Positions 40,037 to 51,133 of a stretch of 64,000 nt of DNA are shown piece by piece. The notes beneath the pieces are model-generated. The model saw only the letters and a program-made list of their open reading frames with translations, did no database searches and was not told the origin of the DNA. Positions within the stretch are counted from its first letter, which is position 1; every line of letters begins with the position of its first letter. Location: positions 3,348,001 through 3,412,000 of the forward strand of contig JBLDXI010000003.1 of the NCBI GenBank assembly GCA_047495785.1, in the 5' to 3' direction. The DNA is from Lepidodermella squamata. Lineage: Eukaryota; Animalia; Gastrotricha. The translations under genes and the position numbers were made by a program.

Positions 40037-43000
40037 TTATTCCATCATGTAGCCTTTACTCTGCAAAACAATCATAACATTTCGTTTCTGAGCAGCTTTC
40101 GCCCTTGCAAACGGCGTCCTGCCGTGTTTGTTCTTCGCTGTCGCCAAATCAGGGTGCTTATCAATCAAATAAGCCACAACGGCGGCTTGCCCGAAATAGG
40201 CAGCCAAGTGAATAGCCGTCGAGCCGGTCTCTGTATCCCGCACATAGACATCGGCCCCTCGCTCACGTAAAAATTCGACAATAGGCAGATGACCCCAAGC
40301 GGCGGCCATCATTAAAGGCGTTCGACCTAGTTCACCGCGATTTTCTATGTTTGCGTACTTGCGATCGACCAAAAACTGGGTCAAGAAGAAACGACCACGT
40401 GTAGCAGCTCGGTTCAACGCGGTGTCATTATTTTTGTTCTTTGCTTCTATCAAATCAGGTCGATGTTCGAGTAGCGCGGCTACGACATCATAATGCCCAT
40501 AGGCTGCGGCTAAATGAATAGGCATCGACTCCAGTTCGTGGCTATCCTTAGCGTAGACATTAGCATTGCACTCTTTGATGAGAAATTGAACGATTTGAAG
40601 GAAGCCGCGCATAGCGGCGTGTAGTAGAGGGGTGTTTCGGAAGTTGGAAATCTGACGGCTTTCGACGAGGAGAGGTCGACAGCCGGGCGGTATCGATTTG
40701 TTGAATAAGATCGTTTTAACTGTGCTCAAATCACCGATTCGAACTGCGTGATGCAGCCGCTCAGCTTCGATTGGTAGCTGAAAATTTTGAAAATGGAATA
40801 ATCGATTATTAAAATTGGTTCGATCTGTCCAACAATATTTTTGAGTGATATAATTCCCAGATCTAAGACTTTCCAAGCTTGTATCGGACTCCGCCTCATC
40901 GAATTTCATAACTCTGGGAAAACGGATTCGAAAAATAAGGCAATTGAATTCCTAGATTACCATAAATACCAAATTATTAGGCATTTTTTCCGTGGGATTT
41001 CAAGGGAAAATCGAAATCATCAAGAAAAACAGGTTCAGGTTTCACAATCATTCAAATTCATTCGAAAAAATTCGCAAAACCCCCTTTTCTCTTGCTAAAC
41101 GTCTATAGGTAAATTAAAAATAAAATGTGCAAAATGTAGGCAGAAAAAAATTAAAATTGAATTATTTACGAGGAAAATATTATTAAGGAGGAATTTTCAA
41201 TTACAAGAAACGTTACATAGCTTTTTTATATAGAATAAAAAAAATAAAAAAATACCCTTTCCCGTCGCCATAAATCGACTTGTATACTCCTTTTCCACGT
41301 AAATATCGACTCCTGGACTTCGCGACGTGGAAACAGCAGCCGAATATCGGACTCCGTTTTCAAAGCCAGTTCATCCGAAGTGAGACCATACTCTAAGGAA
41401 AATTTCATGTCAAACTCAGATCTCTCAGTTTACTAAAAAAAAATTACTTTGAATGACTTCACAAATCTCATCCTTTAAACTCTCCGGGATTATTTTCGAA
41501 TTTTTTATCGAATCCAGGCCGTGGTCCTTAATTACAAGAATTTGAAAAAATCTGAGACAAAATTCGATTATTACCTTTCCAGCTTTATTCGCGCGAAGAA
41601 GTGAAAGACTTCGAGGTGAATTCATCATGGCAGCTGCCGATAATTCCGAATCAAGACTTCTACTCGCAACATTCTCTCTAATACATTCCATTGCACTTGC
41701 CGTCGACAATGTCGGAGTCTTCCGCATCGGCTCAGTGGAGGGCGGTCTAGAATCCGCCGCTTCCGTCCAACTGTCCTTTTTCATCGGCGCCATTTCAGAA
41801 ATAACAGATTTCACCGAAACCGCCAGTTCGTTACCACTGAAATCAGCGCCTTTTTGAATGCCGACCACTGTGAAAGTCAACGGGTCTAGAATCGGCAAAC
41901 CGGCTAGAGACGATATTTTATGCTTGAAATACCCGTCATTCGACAACTGATTCACCTCCCCGACAACGCAAATCGGCTGTTTCGACCCGATTTTCGTTTG
42001 AAGAGCCATGATTTTCTGCCGTTCATTCAACTTGCCCTGGTGAAGTTCGAGGAATTCCAGTTTTTTGTAATTTATATACTCGGCAGCTTCGCGCGGCAGT
42101 TCGAAAAACGACACGCCTAATTTTTTGCAATAAATCCATCGAATGAACGGAATTTCCAGCGGCTTCTCGGCGCGGAAACTCGCCTCGAAATGAACGAGTA
42201 AATTCAGCGATTTCTTCGTCCGCTGTCCCATTGTGAATGACGAGAGGGTCATGAGGCCGAATCGCAGCTGGCTATGAGTCACCGGTAGTGCGAATAAAAA
42301 GCCGTAGCAGTCGAACCCGCCCGGGTCTTTCACCTTGCAAATCGATTGCGAGATATGCGGGCCTTTACTCAGGGTGGGTAGAACAAGGCCGGATAGAGCT
42401 TGTTGCTTCACGGGTTGGTTGCTGTTCCGCTTGTCGTAGACGAGCAGTTGTTGCATCATTTTGTTGTGCTTTGCCTCAGTGCCGGCGGTTTCACCACGAG
42501 AATTCCAGCCAGTTCCTGGTAGCTCGATGTAGTTTGAGCGGCGAAGTAGCGATTGGCTAGGGGTCTTCCTTTCATCAGTCTTTGGTGTAGTAGTACGGTG
42601 GGAAGGGTCGGCGGGGGCGGCAGTGGGCCCAGAGCTGGAGGCTGATTTGACCTTGGCTGTTGGGCTGACGGTGTTGGTTGAACTGGCGGAAAACGAGTTG
42701 TGAACAAAGAGTCCGGAAGTTTTGCGGCTATTAGCGCTGGTTTTGTCCGAAGAGGCTGGTGAAGGTACGAAGAATGAGGCTTGGCGGTAATAGTGGCCTG
42801 TTGTGGCGGTCGAGGCGACGTTATTTTCGTCAATGAAGCCACTGAAAAATTAATTGAAAAATTATTTTAAATGTCTCAAAAACTCGGTCAATTACCTGCT
42901 AGATTTAGAGCGAAAATATATTATGTTATTCATCTTAAAAAGCTGTACTCAATCTATATGGCTAAAAGCGTCCGATGCCTGTCCTATCGCTATGAAAATT

Positions 43001-44767
43001 TTCTGCTAATTAAGAGCTATTCAAAGCTTCGTTATTCGCGGCTCAGTACTCGCTATTTAACCTCATTGAGTCCGTCTTAAATTGAATTGAAAGTGAAGTG
43101 GAAAAGTGCGTCAAAGATTCTTTCACGGCGAATCATCAAGTAACGTAAAAACATAACTTATGACCGATGGTATAAGCCACATAGTGTGCTTATTTTAAGG
43201 CAAACCATTAGTTTTTATTATTGAAACTGATTTTCTCCGGCCACTAATAACTAATAAATTAATCATTACTAAAATTAATTGGGCCAGTTGGCGAGTTCTT
43301 ACAAAAACTCTCGTTTTGCATAAAGACTTAACGAGGAGAAATAGGATTGCGATAAAATAAGTTCGCCTGTTTCCTGGAAAGTCCTGGCAAGTTCCAAGTT
43401 CCAGCCAAGTTCCGAAAAGGTCCCATAGCCTCACTAAGGTCATAAGCACTAATTGAATGTCTTCATTGGGGGTATGGGGGAAGGTTTTTCTTGAACGTAT
43501 TTTGGGTATTTTGTGCTAACTTTGCTATTTTCGACCAATAAAGATAAGTTCAGACATCTTATCGATCACATTTATTGATTTTGCAAATCAGTTAATTCTC
43601 AGATTATCGGAAACAATTCACGAAAAATCTAAAATTCCTTGGTATTTGAACTGGAAAAGGAAATGTTAGACTTCCAATTCCCGAATGATTGGGTATTTCT
43701 CGAACTGCTGTGAAATTTCCCCAAAGCTCAAAGAAGGGCAGGTGGCTGAATTTTGACAAAGTAAATTGTTTATTCAAATTTTTGAAATTAATCGGGAAAT
43801 TTTCAAAAATTTGGCAAAAATTGATTTTTCGAAATTATAATCCGCTATAAGGCATCAAGAACCTTTTATCCAATAAGACGTCACTGCAATCCATCCTAAA
43901 AAAAACCCGAATTACTTTTTTTATAGGGTTATCCTGCAAGAATCATCCCTCATACAGGGCGTTCGCGTAATAATACTCTGCTAAAAATAGCTTTGCTACT
44001 TTTTGCATTCATTTTAGATTTTTTGTAGCTATTTTTAGCTCACCCAGAGTATTATTACGCGAACGCCCTGTACATAAATCCTATAATATCCTTATTTAAA
44101 TTCGAAGTTTAAATTAGAAAATTTTCGGCTTTTAGTTATTATTATTTGAGAGGTCGTCTACTATTTCGAGCACCAAGTTTATTCAGTGGACGCGAATTTT
44201 TCAATTTTCAATTTCAAAATACTCATCAGAATGAAATCATGAAAAAGTGAAAACTAACCTGGAGCTGTTAGTTGGCGATCGGTCGATTCCTGTTGCTTGT
44301 AAAATGTCTGTATTCTGGCGGCGGATGGCACTGATCGGCGGTTGCAGCCGCTGTTGGCCGTAGCCGGCGTCGGCGGCGCCGCCCAGTGCCCGCGCAGGTA
44401 CCGGTGGTGCGCCGCCTGCAGCGCCGCTATCCGACTGCGCTGGCCTGAACTGCCCGACGGTAAATGCGGCTGGTTGTTGATACTGATATACCCGGCTGTT
44501 GGCCTTCTTAGCGTCACCTGCCGGATCACGAGTATCTGCGAGAGAAGGACCTGCTCCTGTTGATAGGCGCCGGCTTCCATTTCGGCTTTTCGGCGTCGAT
44601 GCCTTACCGCTGCTCGTCGACTTATTACCGCCGCCCTCGGATGGCACAGAATTTCTGTAAACAACAGCAGCTATAGGCGCGACTTTGTGATAGCCGGCGA
44701 TAGCCAAATGGTGCTGTTGTTGTTGTTGATGTTTTGGCGGTTTTGTTGTTTGCAGTAAATCATCCAT
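40037..44767 (-). CDS. Inactive trypsin-like domain + SAM-like helical segment + ~6 ankyrin repeats, paralog 1; ~910 aa
   Basis: Exons 44767-44259 (or alternative 42933-42896), 42841-41575, 41526-41448, 41392-41256, 40777-40037, frame-consistent. Clear ankyrin consensus (TPLLHAAMRG, PIHLAAAYGH, GRTPLMMAAAWGH). Trypsin-like segment SICKV...GFL...GLMT...GLPILD...VVGIQ. Confidence 0.7.
43955..44070. mobile_element. Tc1/mariner-type MITE (116 bp)
   Basis: TA on both sides. Perfect 26-bp TIR CAGGGCGTTCGCGTAATAATACTCTG, extended by GCTAAAAATAGCT. Confidence 0.9.
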
Positions 44768-45384
44768 GTTTTTAGCGGGGTCGCGCCTCAAAAACCGCGC
44801 AATAATTTTTAATTAACACACCGCGTACATGTATCTGTGCGCGCGATTTTCACGCGCTTAATTTTAAAAATATAAAGCAAATTTCGCAACGTACACAGCT
44901 TTGACGATTACGTTGTTCTTATATAATATGCTGCTGCTTTTTTAATGGGCGATGAAGATGGTCGAGCGGCGGGCCATAAAAGTGCTGCAGAGTCTTTCAT
45001 GAAGTGGCGATGATGACGCATTCACCTTGACGATTTCACGTGAGTCTAAACGCGCGTAAACATTTATGAACTTGTGCGCGAGTCAATGGGCGCGGCCGAA
45101 AAGTCGCCGCACTTGATATAAACGATGCAATTTATTATAGCTTGTTTTCGCCATGTGTATGATTTAATTACCTTGCGGCCTTGGCTACTTCAAAAACATT
45201 TGCTTTTTTTAATGAGTGTAATAAAGGAAAAATCGTTCGAATATGAAGAGATAAAATGAAGAGGCCTTTTTTACGCTATTAATTGCTAAAAAAGACGCTT
45301 TTTGGGGTAACGTCTGAAATAGGAATATTTCTGGGAATTTTTTTTGAGTGACTTGGATGCAAGTAAGAATTGGACGTGGCAGAC

Positions 45385-45545
45385 CGTCATAACAGCAAAG
45401 ACCCTAAACAGCAAACGCGACATAACAGAAAATATTTCTACTTGCGACATAACAGCAGAAACACAATGCTCATTGGTAAGTTTTCGCTGTTTTGTCGCGA
45501 AATAAATAATTTGCTGTTTTGTCGCATTCGCTGTTTTGTCGCCGT
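45385..45545. mobile_element. MITE-like inverted-repeat element with subterminal repeats
   Basis: GCGACATAACAG copies on the left face GCTGTTTTGTCGC copies on the right. Ends and TSD not resolved. Confidence 0.55.
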
Positions 45546-46392
45546 ACCGTAAGAATTCCATGTTTTATCACTCCATTTGCACTTTTCAAGTTACAGCAAT
45601 AGAAATATGGTTTTTCGATCATCAATTCGCGAAAATCCGCATGAGGCGAAGTTCATTGAATGGAGTGTGCATCAATTTAATGAGGAATCGAAGTATTTCA
45701 AGGAACAAATTTGCCCCCGGCGGCTTTTTGTAACCACCCTGTATCAATCTCAATTAAAAAAAATCAACCGTATTTTGTGTATCATTTGCGCTAATTTCCG
45801 AGTTGTACTTCAGCCTACAGAGCCGATATCGATTTCAATTATCGATTTCACAAATCAGTGATTGCTCCGATATCAGCTGTCATGATAGCCAAAATTGAAA
45901 AATTGTCTACATACCTGAGGGCATCAGGTTACTGAGTAAATTCGAAATCCGAGGGTCAGTTCCAAGACGCCATGATGGCGATAAAAAATAGATCGTACAA
46001 AGTGCTATTCGAATTATGAAATTGAATGTAAGACAACGAGACTCTTACTGTCAATTGAAAGAATCTGAGTCATTCGACATCGAAATGGAAGATTTGCCCC
46101 TTGAAATTCAATTGGTTTATTTTTAACCCCCTTAATTTGTTTTCCATAGATCTTTGCCATCACCTCCTTCGCACTCAATCAGCACAACAGGCATGTCTTG
46201 AATGGAACTCAAAAGGACGATGATGAAGGAGAATCTGAACCTTTGTTGAAAAGTCGTCCAAGTTTGAAAAATTGTCACTTACTTATTATCGATCTCAAAA
46301 TGCATTGAAACCACGATTGTTCACTTCTCTTGAAATGAAAACAAATATACAAGCTCGGACAACATATTTCCCATTTCGACGGACTTAAAGCT

Positions 46393-48893
46393 CTAGACGT
46401 TGGTAAGGTTATACATATGTATCAAGTCAGAACAAGGTCTACTAAGAAATCCATGATCGTTATCGAGATCTCCGTGGTCTACCGCAAATTCGACACGATG
46501 GCTGTAGTACGGAGCCACACAATCTTCGATCATGTAAGTTTGCCCCAAGAATGACTCCATGTCATTCGGGACATTGACTTCAACGCCTTCGAAAATCGCC
46601 TTTTTAGTTGGAAAAATCCACTTAGCCATATACTGGTAGATAAAAAAGAAGAATCAGCTCCAAAGGCAATTTGAGAGCAAAAAACTAACCTTGAAATTAT
46701 CAAAACCTGTCTCGCTGACTTTGTAAAGTTTACCGGTCCGATTCGAGAAACGCGTTTCCATAATGTTGATATCGACAAACGGCCATCGCCATGGAACGCG
46801 GTAGGAACGAAGGGCAGGAACAGCTAATGAATTCTCGTCATTCAAATAACACTTCATCTTCGAATAAGTTTCATCGAAATACATCGAGTATTTCCCGTCA
46901 TAAATTTTCACAGCATCCATCATTTTTCGGGCGTAGTAATCGTCGGATTTCGCTGGGTTCGATCGCGGGATAACCGCTATGTCGTGATCGTCGTCCCACC
47001 TGTTGAGAAAAAGATGGCTGTGTCTGACCAAAATTAACCGGAGATTATTACGGAATCATGTGGCCACCATGTCGCCAGTAGCCGATCAAAGATCCAGAAT
47101 ATAACAGATGATCTGCTTCCTCTTCAATGCTTCTAACGGCTTCGTAGCAAGCTCGAAAAAGGCTGACAATTTCGCTCCTCTGCCTCTCCGTTACCTGAGG
47201 CACATTATTAGGCCAGCCTACGTTACGGCTCTGCGTGCGCTCCTATTGGCCGGCCATTTCGCGCACACTGTTACGCCGTAAGTGCGCGCTTGCACAACTA
47301 AATCAATTTTAACCCAAAAAATGTGCGCATTTCGCATCTATTTTATCAGATTTATGAAACATCATTTCAACCGGAAAAATCTCTATCTATGGATATGAAA
47401 TTTGCATGGTAGGTACGAAAAATAAGCAAATATGGCTAAGTTTAGGACATATTTGTAAGGCACGCTCACTCGCCCAAGTCGTGCGCACTGTTTTCAAAAA
47501 GTAACGTGAAATTTTTGTGTCGGTTTTTATGCCAGAATGAAGAGAATTTAATCCTCTAATCCTAAACGATTAAATATAGGGAAAAGGTTTTACGCGCACT
47601 GAAAAATTACCTCTAGCGAGCGCACCACCAACCAAAAATTATGCATGTAAAATGTTTCATTCTCAAATTTCAATCGTAACAAATCTAGGTATATTCGATC
47701 GATAGAGAATTCAATTTACTTCATTTTGATGTAAAAGCCGACGAGAAATTCATAGATTGCCCTTTGACTTAAGTTCAAAATGAGATGGCCAATAGGAGCG
47801 CGCGCGTAAATGTGCTTACCTGAGGCTCGAAGTAACACAAAGCTGGATCGTGCGGGTGCTTATCGCATGAGCGATTAACGCGTGACTTATAGTACCGGTC
47901 CACATCCTTGAAATCAAGGCTGAAGTGTACGAAGCTTTCGATCTCCTCGCATTTCACCAGTGCGTAATCGTATTTTTTGATACGAGTATTGTTTTTTGAC
48001 ACGAAAATCGCAGTTTCACACCATTTAGGATTAAAATCTAGCACGACTACGTCCATTAGCTGCTTCGGCACTTTTGCTGGAGATCCTTCGAAAACGACCT
48101 CTTCGAGTGGAAATATCAGATCTGACGGGTACTAACCCTAAACAGTTAGTTGCAGTGGATATCAAGGCAAGATTCATCTTACCCAGTAGTCAGCGGACGT
48201 CGGGTTCGCAATCTCTCGCAAACGGCCAGATTCTGTGTATCGATCTCGGAAAACTTGAATTTCCACATACGGCCAGCGCCACTTAACGCCTTCGATTGGC
48301 TCAGAATTATCTGGCAACGTGCCAAAGATTCGTATCCTGTAGGTTTCAGAGTCATAGTGGCAACCGTATCCCTCCAAACCCTTGGCCACTAGTTTGAAAT
48401 AAGCTGCGACACTCAACACTTGCTCCAATGTAGTTATATTATGGTTGAACACAGCTACTTTGATGGTATCGTGCCATCTAGGGCGGAAATCTCTACAAGT
48501 CAAGTAAATACAACTGATTTCTTCTTACGGCATAATTCGCTTGTTGTGGCGTAAATAGCCGAGTAAGGATTCTTTGTATAGACAATGAGATATTTTGAAC
48601 TGCTGTTCGATTTCAAATAAAACCTCTGAGGAGATTTTCCATACTTCCCTCAGCTTTGACATTGTGTTAGAACTCGATGCGATAACCCGCTCGAAAGTTT
48701 CAATATCTTCATTGCCTCGACGCTTGTCAGAAGTCTTCGCCGCTGGGGTGGAGTACATTTCCGAACGAATTCTCTGTGCTGATTGATGCTGGGTGACCAA
48801 GCAGTCGCGAATGGCGATGTAGATAATCAGAACGAAGCATATAAACCATGGTAACGGTTTGAAAGATAGTAAGCGACGGCGGGTAAAATTCAT
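46393..48893 (-). CDS. Type II membrane protein with two tandem LicD/fukutin-related nucleotidyltransferase-fold domains; ~554 aa
   Basis: Exons 48893-48529, 48477-48183, 48131-47820, 47194-47052, 46999-46690, 46632-46393; total 1,665 nt. N-terminal TM segment (LPWFICFVLIIYIAI). Domain 2 has SGSLIGYWRHGGHMIPWDDDHDI, WPFVDI and IFPTKKAIFEG..VP. Domain 1 has ESLLGYLRHNKRIMPWHDTIK, WPYVEI and IFPLEEVVFEG..VP. Confidence 0.85.
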
Positions 48894-49540
48894 TATTGCT
48901 ATGAACGGTTTGCAGAACGGTGATTATATACTATGATTTTTGCTTGATTGCAAACCGCATTGGGCTAATAAACAGCATTAGATACTTGTATACGGTCACA
49001 TCGCATTTCATACAGGGCTAATTAGTATCTCCGGCACTGGTTTCGTGGACAGCTGTGCTCATATATGCAGCATGCAAGTGCAAATATAACGACTAAGGTG
49101 CGAAAAATACTGCCTTACAATGTCTTATATAGGTAATAGCGATTTCAAGCTAAAAAAAAACCCACTATATTTCCTGCATCAAATTTATTCAATTTTTTAC
49201 TGAATTTTAACTTTCTCGATTTTTTCTCGTGAGTAGATTGGCGCATTTTCTGTATTTTCAAGCAAATAGCAAAAAGTGGGTTGACTCACAAAGGGACGAT
49301 TCTTGGATTCTTAGATGTCTTTTTCTGCTTTTTTTCGAACCTACTTTTCTTATAAACACCACTAAGCTTAAAAAATAACATACTGGCACTAAGCCAACTA
49401 TCTCCTTATACTAATTTACATTAATTTATTCATTTTTCTTAGTTTTTCGGCGCTTGTAAACCCGACAACCAGTTGGGATAAGCGCCTCTTAAACCCCATC
49501 CCCCCTTTCTCCTTCCCCCACCCCTCCTTTTTGGTGTGTT

Positions 49541-51133
49541 ATGTCTGAAGCACACCCTTCAAACCCCTCCATCTCCATCAAGGGTTCCCAGCTGCCTGGG
49601 GCAATCGGCGGGAGCGGTTCCACGCCAGCGAGCAGACAACAGTCACCGTCGAGGGCCTCGCAGCCATCACCAACCGGAGAACCAGCGACAAAGGTAATTA
49701 ACGGCGCAGGTACTACGGCAAAAAAGCCAGTAACCAACGAAGATCTTCGCCGTAAAACTCCAGGAACCATCACCAGGGGGAGGGCATCCTCGATGAGCCA
49801 AACTCCGAACTACGAACAGGAATCACGGGAAAGCGAAGATGCCAAGAAGGCGGCGCAAGCTGCCGCTCGCGCACGCGAAAAGTGCGTGGTAGTCATCGAC
49901 GACATTTCGCCCGATTTTAAAAATGACGGCGACATGATCACGGAACTCGACAGAGCAACTGACGGTAAGGTCAGAATTTCTAGACTGGTCGTCCTTGGCA
50001 TGGGAGGAGCCCGAATCACCTTTGAAACCCCCGAAATGGCATCTGATGCTATGATTCTTAAAGGCTGGGCGGAAGACGCCTTCGGGGGAGACATTCGAGT
50101 CCATCGCACGGAGAAATATTATGAATATTTCCCAGATGAAGCCAAGATGAACCAACGTAAACCAACGTCCAACGATGCTCGTAAAACAGCGCAGGCTGAA
50201 GGGCGAGCTGTCGAATGCACAGGGTTCCCCAGCACGATCTCAGCAGAAGCGATAAAGACGAAATGGGCCGAGAAGGTCGAAGACGTCGCAGTTACCCATG
50301 GTAAAGTATTTTGCTACATGAAAACAGTGGAGCTGGCGAAGCAATTAACCAAGGGAGATGGGTTACTTTTCAGCATATGCAGGATCAAAGGCAAGGAGTT
50401 GAAAGCTGTTCACCACCCCATCAGGTGCAACGCTTGTCAAAGCCACGATCATCTGACCAAGCACTGCCGATCAACCGTCAAAAAATGCGGATGGTGTGCC
50501 GGCGAGCATTACACCAGAGATTGCGAACTGAAGGACAAGCCGAGTGCTCGTAAATGCGCTAATTGCAACGGTCCACACTCGGCGAACTGGGGTGGTTGCA
50601 AGGCAGTCGTTAATGCAGTCAAACGTGACGAAGAGCGTGTTCTTTCCAAAATTGCCAAAATTCAAGGTAGAAAAGACACAGGAGCTCCTACTGACGAGGC
50701 GACGCCGCCGCTACAACCGACATTCATACCAGCTCCTCCACCAATAACTCCGGCCTGGCAAATCCAGCCCAAACAGATATTTCACAGCGACCGGCTAATG
50801 GAAGATATCGCCACGAAAATTGCCCCGCTTGTCGTCGAGAAGCTAAGGAGCCAGCTGCTAGGCGATCTTCACTCCAAGCTCCAGACACTTGCCGACGCAA
50901 TATCCCGCCTTGAGGTGAACTTTCGCACAATGTCAAATTTCCTAGCCACCATGCAGACGCCAGCACCCACACACGACGAGGCCGCAAGAGAGTGGGGCCA
51001 GATCACTTCAGGGGACTATGTTCGAAGCACGGATGTCCCAGCAGGTAAACCCAGTAAACCCGCGACGGCCAAGCACTTGAACAATCAAGGTAACAAATCG
51101 ACCCCTCCCGATAAGCCATCATGTGTTGGGTAG
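49541..51133 (+). CDS. LINE ORF1 (gag-like nucleic-acid chaperone, three CCHC zinc knuckles)
   Basis: CNACQSHDHLTKHC, CGWCAGEHYTRDC and CANCNGPHSANWGGC, preceded by RRM-like segments. Confidence 0.9.
   Translation: MSEAHPSNPSISIKGSQLPGAIGGSGSTPASRQQSPSRASQPSPTGEPATKVINGAGTTAKKPVTNEDLRRKTPGTITRGRASSMSQTPNYEQESRESEDAKKAAQAAARAREKCVVVIDDISPDFKNDGDMITELDRATDGKVRISRLVVLGMGGARITFETPEMASDAMILKGWAEDAFGGDIRVHRTEKYYEYFPDEAKMNQRKPTSNDARKTAQAEGRAVECTGFPSTISAEAIKTKWAEKVEDVAVTHGKVFCYMKTVELAKQLTKGDGLLFSICRIKGKELKAVHHPIRCNACQSHDHLTKHCRSTVKKCGWCAGEHYTRDCELKDKPSARKCANCNGPHSANWGGCKAVVNAVKRDEERVLSKIAKIQGRKDTGAPTDEATPPLQPTFIPAPPPITPAWQIQPKQIFHSDRLMEDIATKIAPLVVEKLRSQLLGDLHSKLQTLADAISRLEVNFRTMSNFLATMQTPAPTHDEAAREWGQITSGDYVRSTDVPAGKPSKPATAKHLNNQGNKSTPPDKPSCVG

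Noticed and set aside
42456-42842. Pro-rich 128-aa ORF on the minus strand
   Set aside because: Alternate frame; the frame continuous with the downstream MMQQLL ORF is the one matched by the upstream exon phases.
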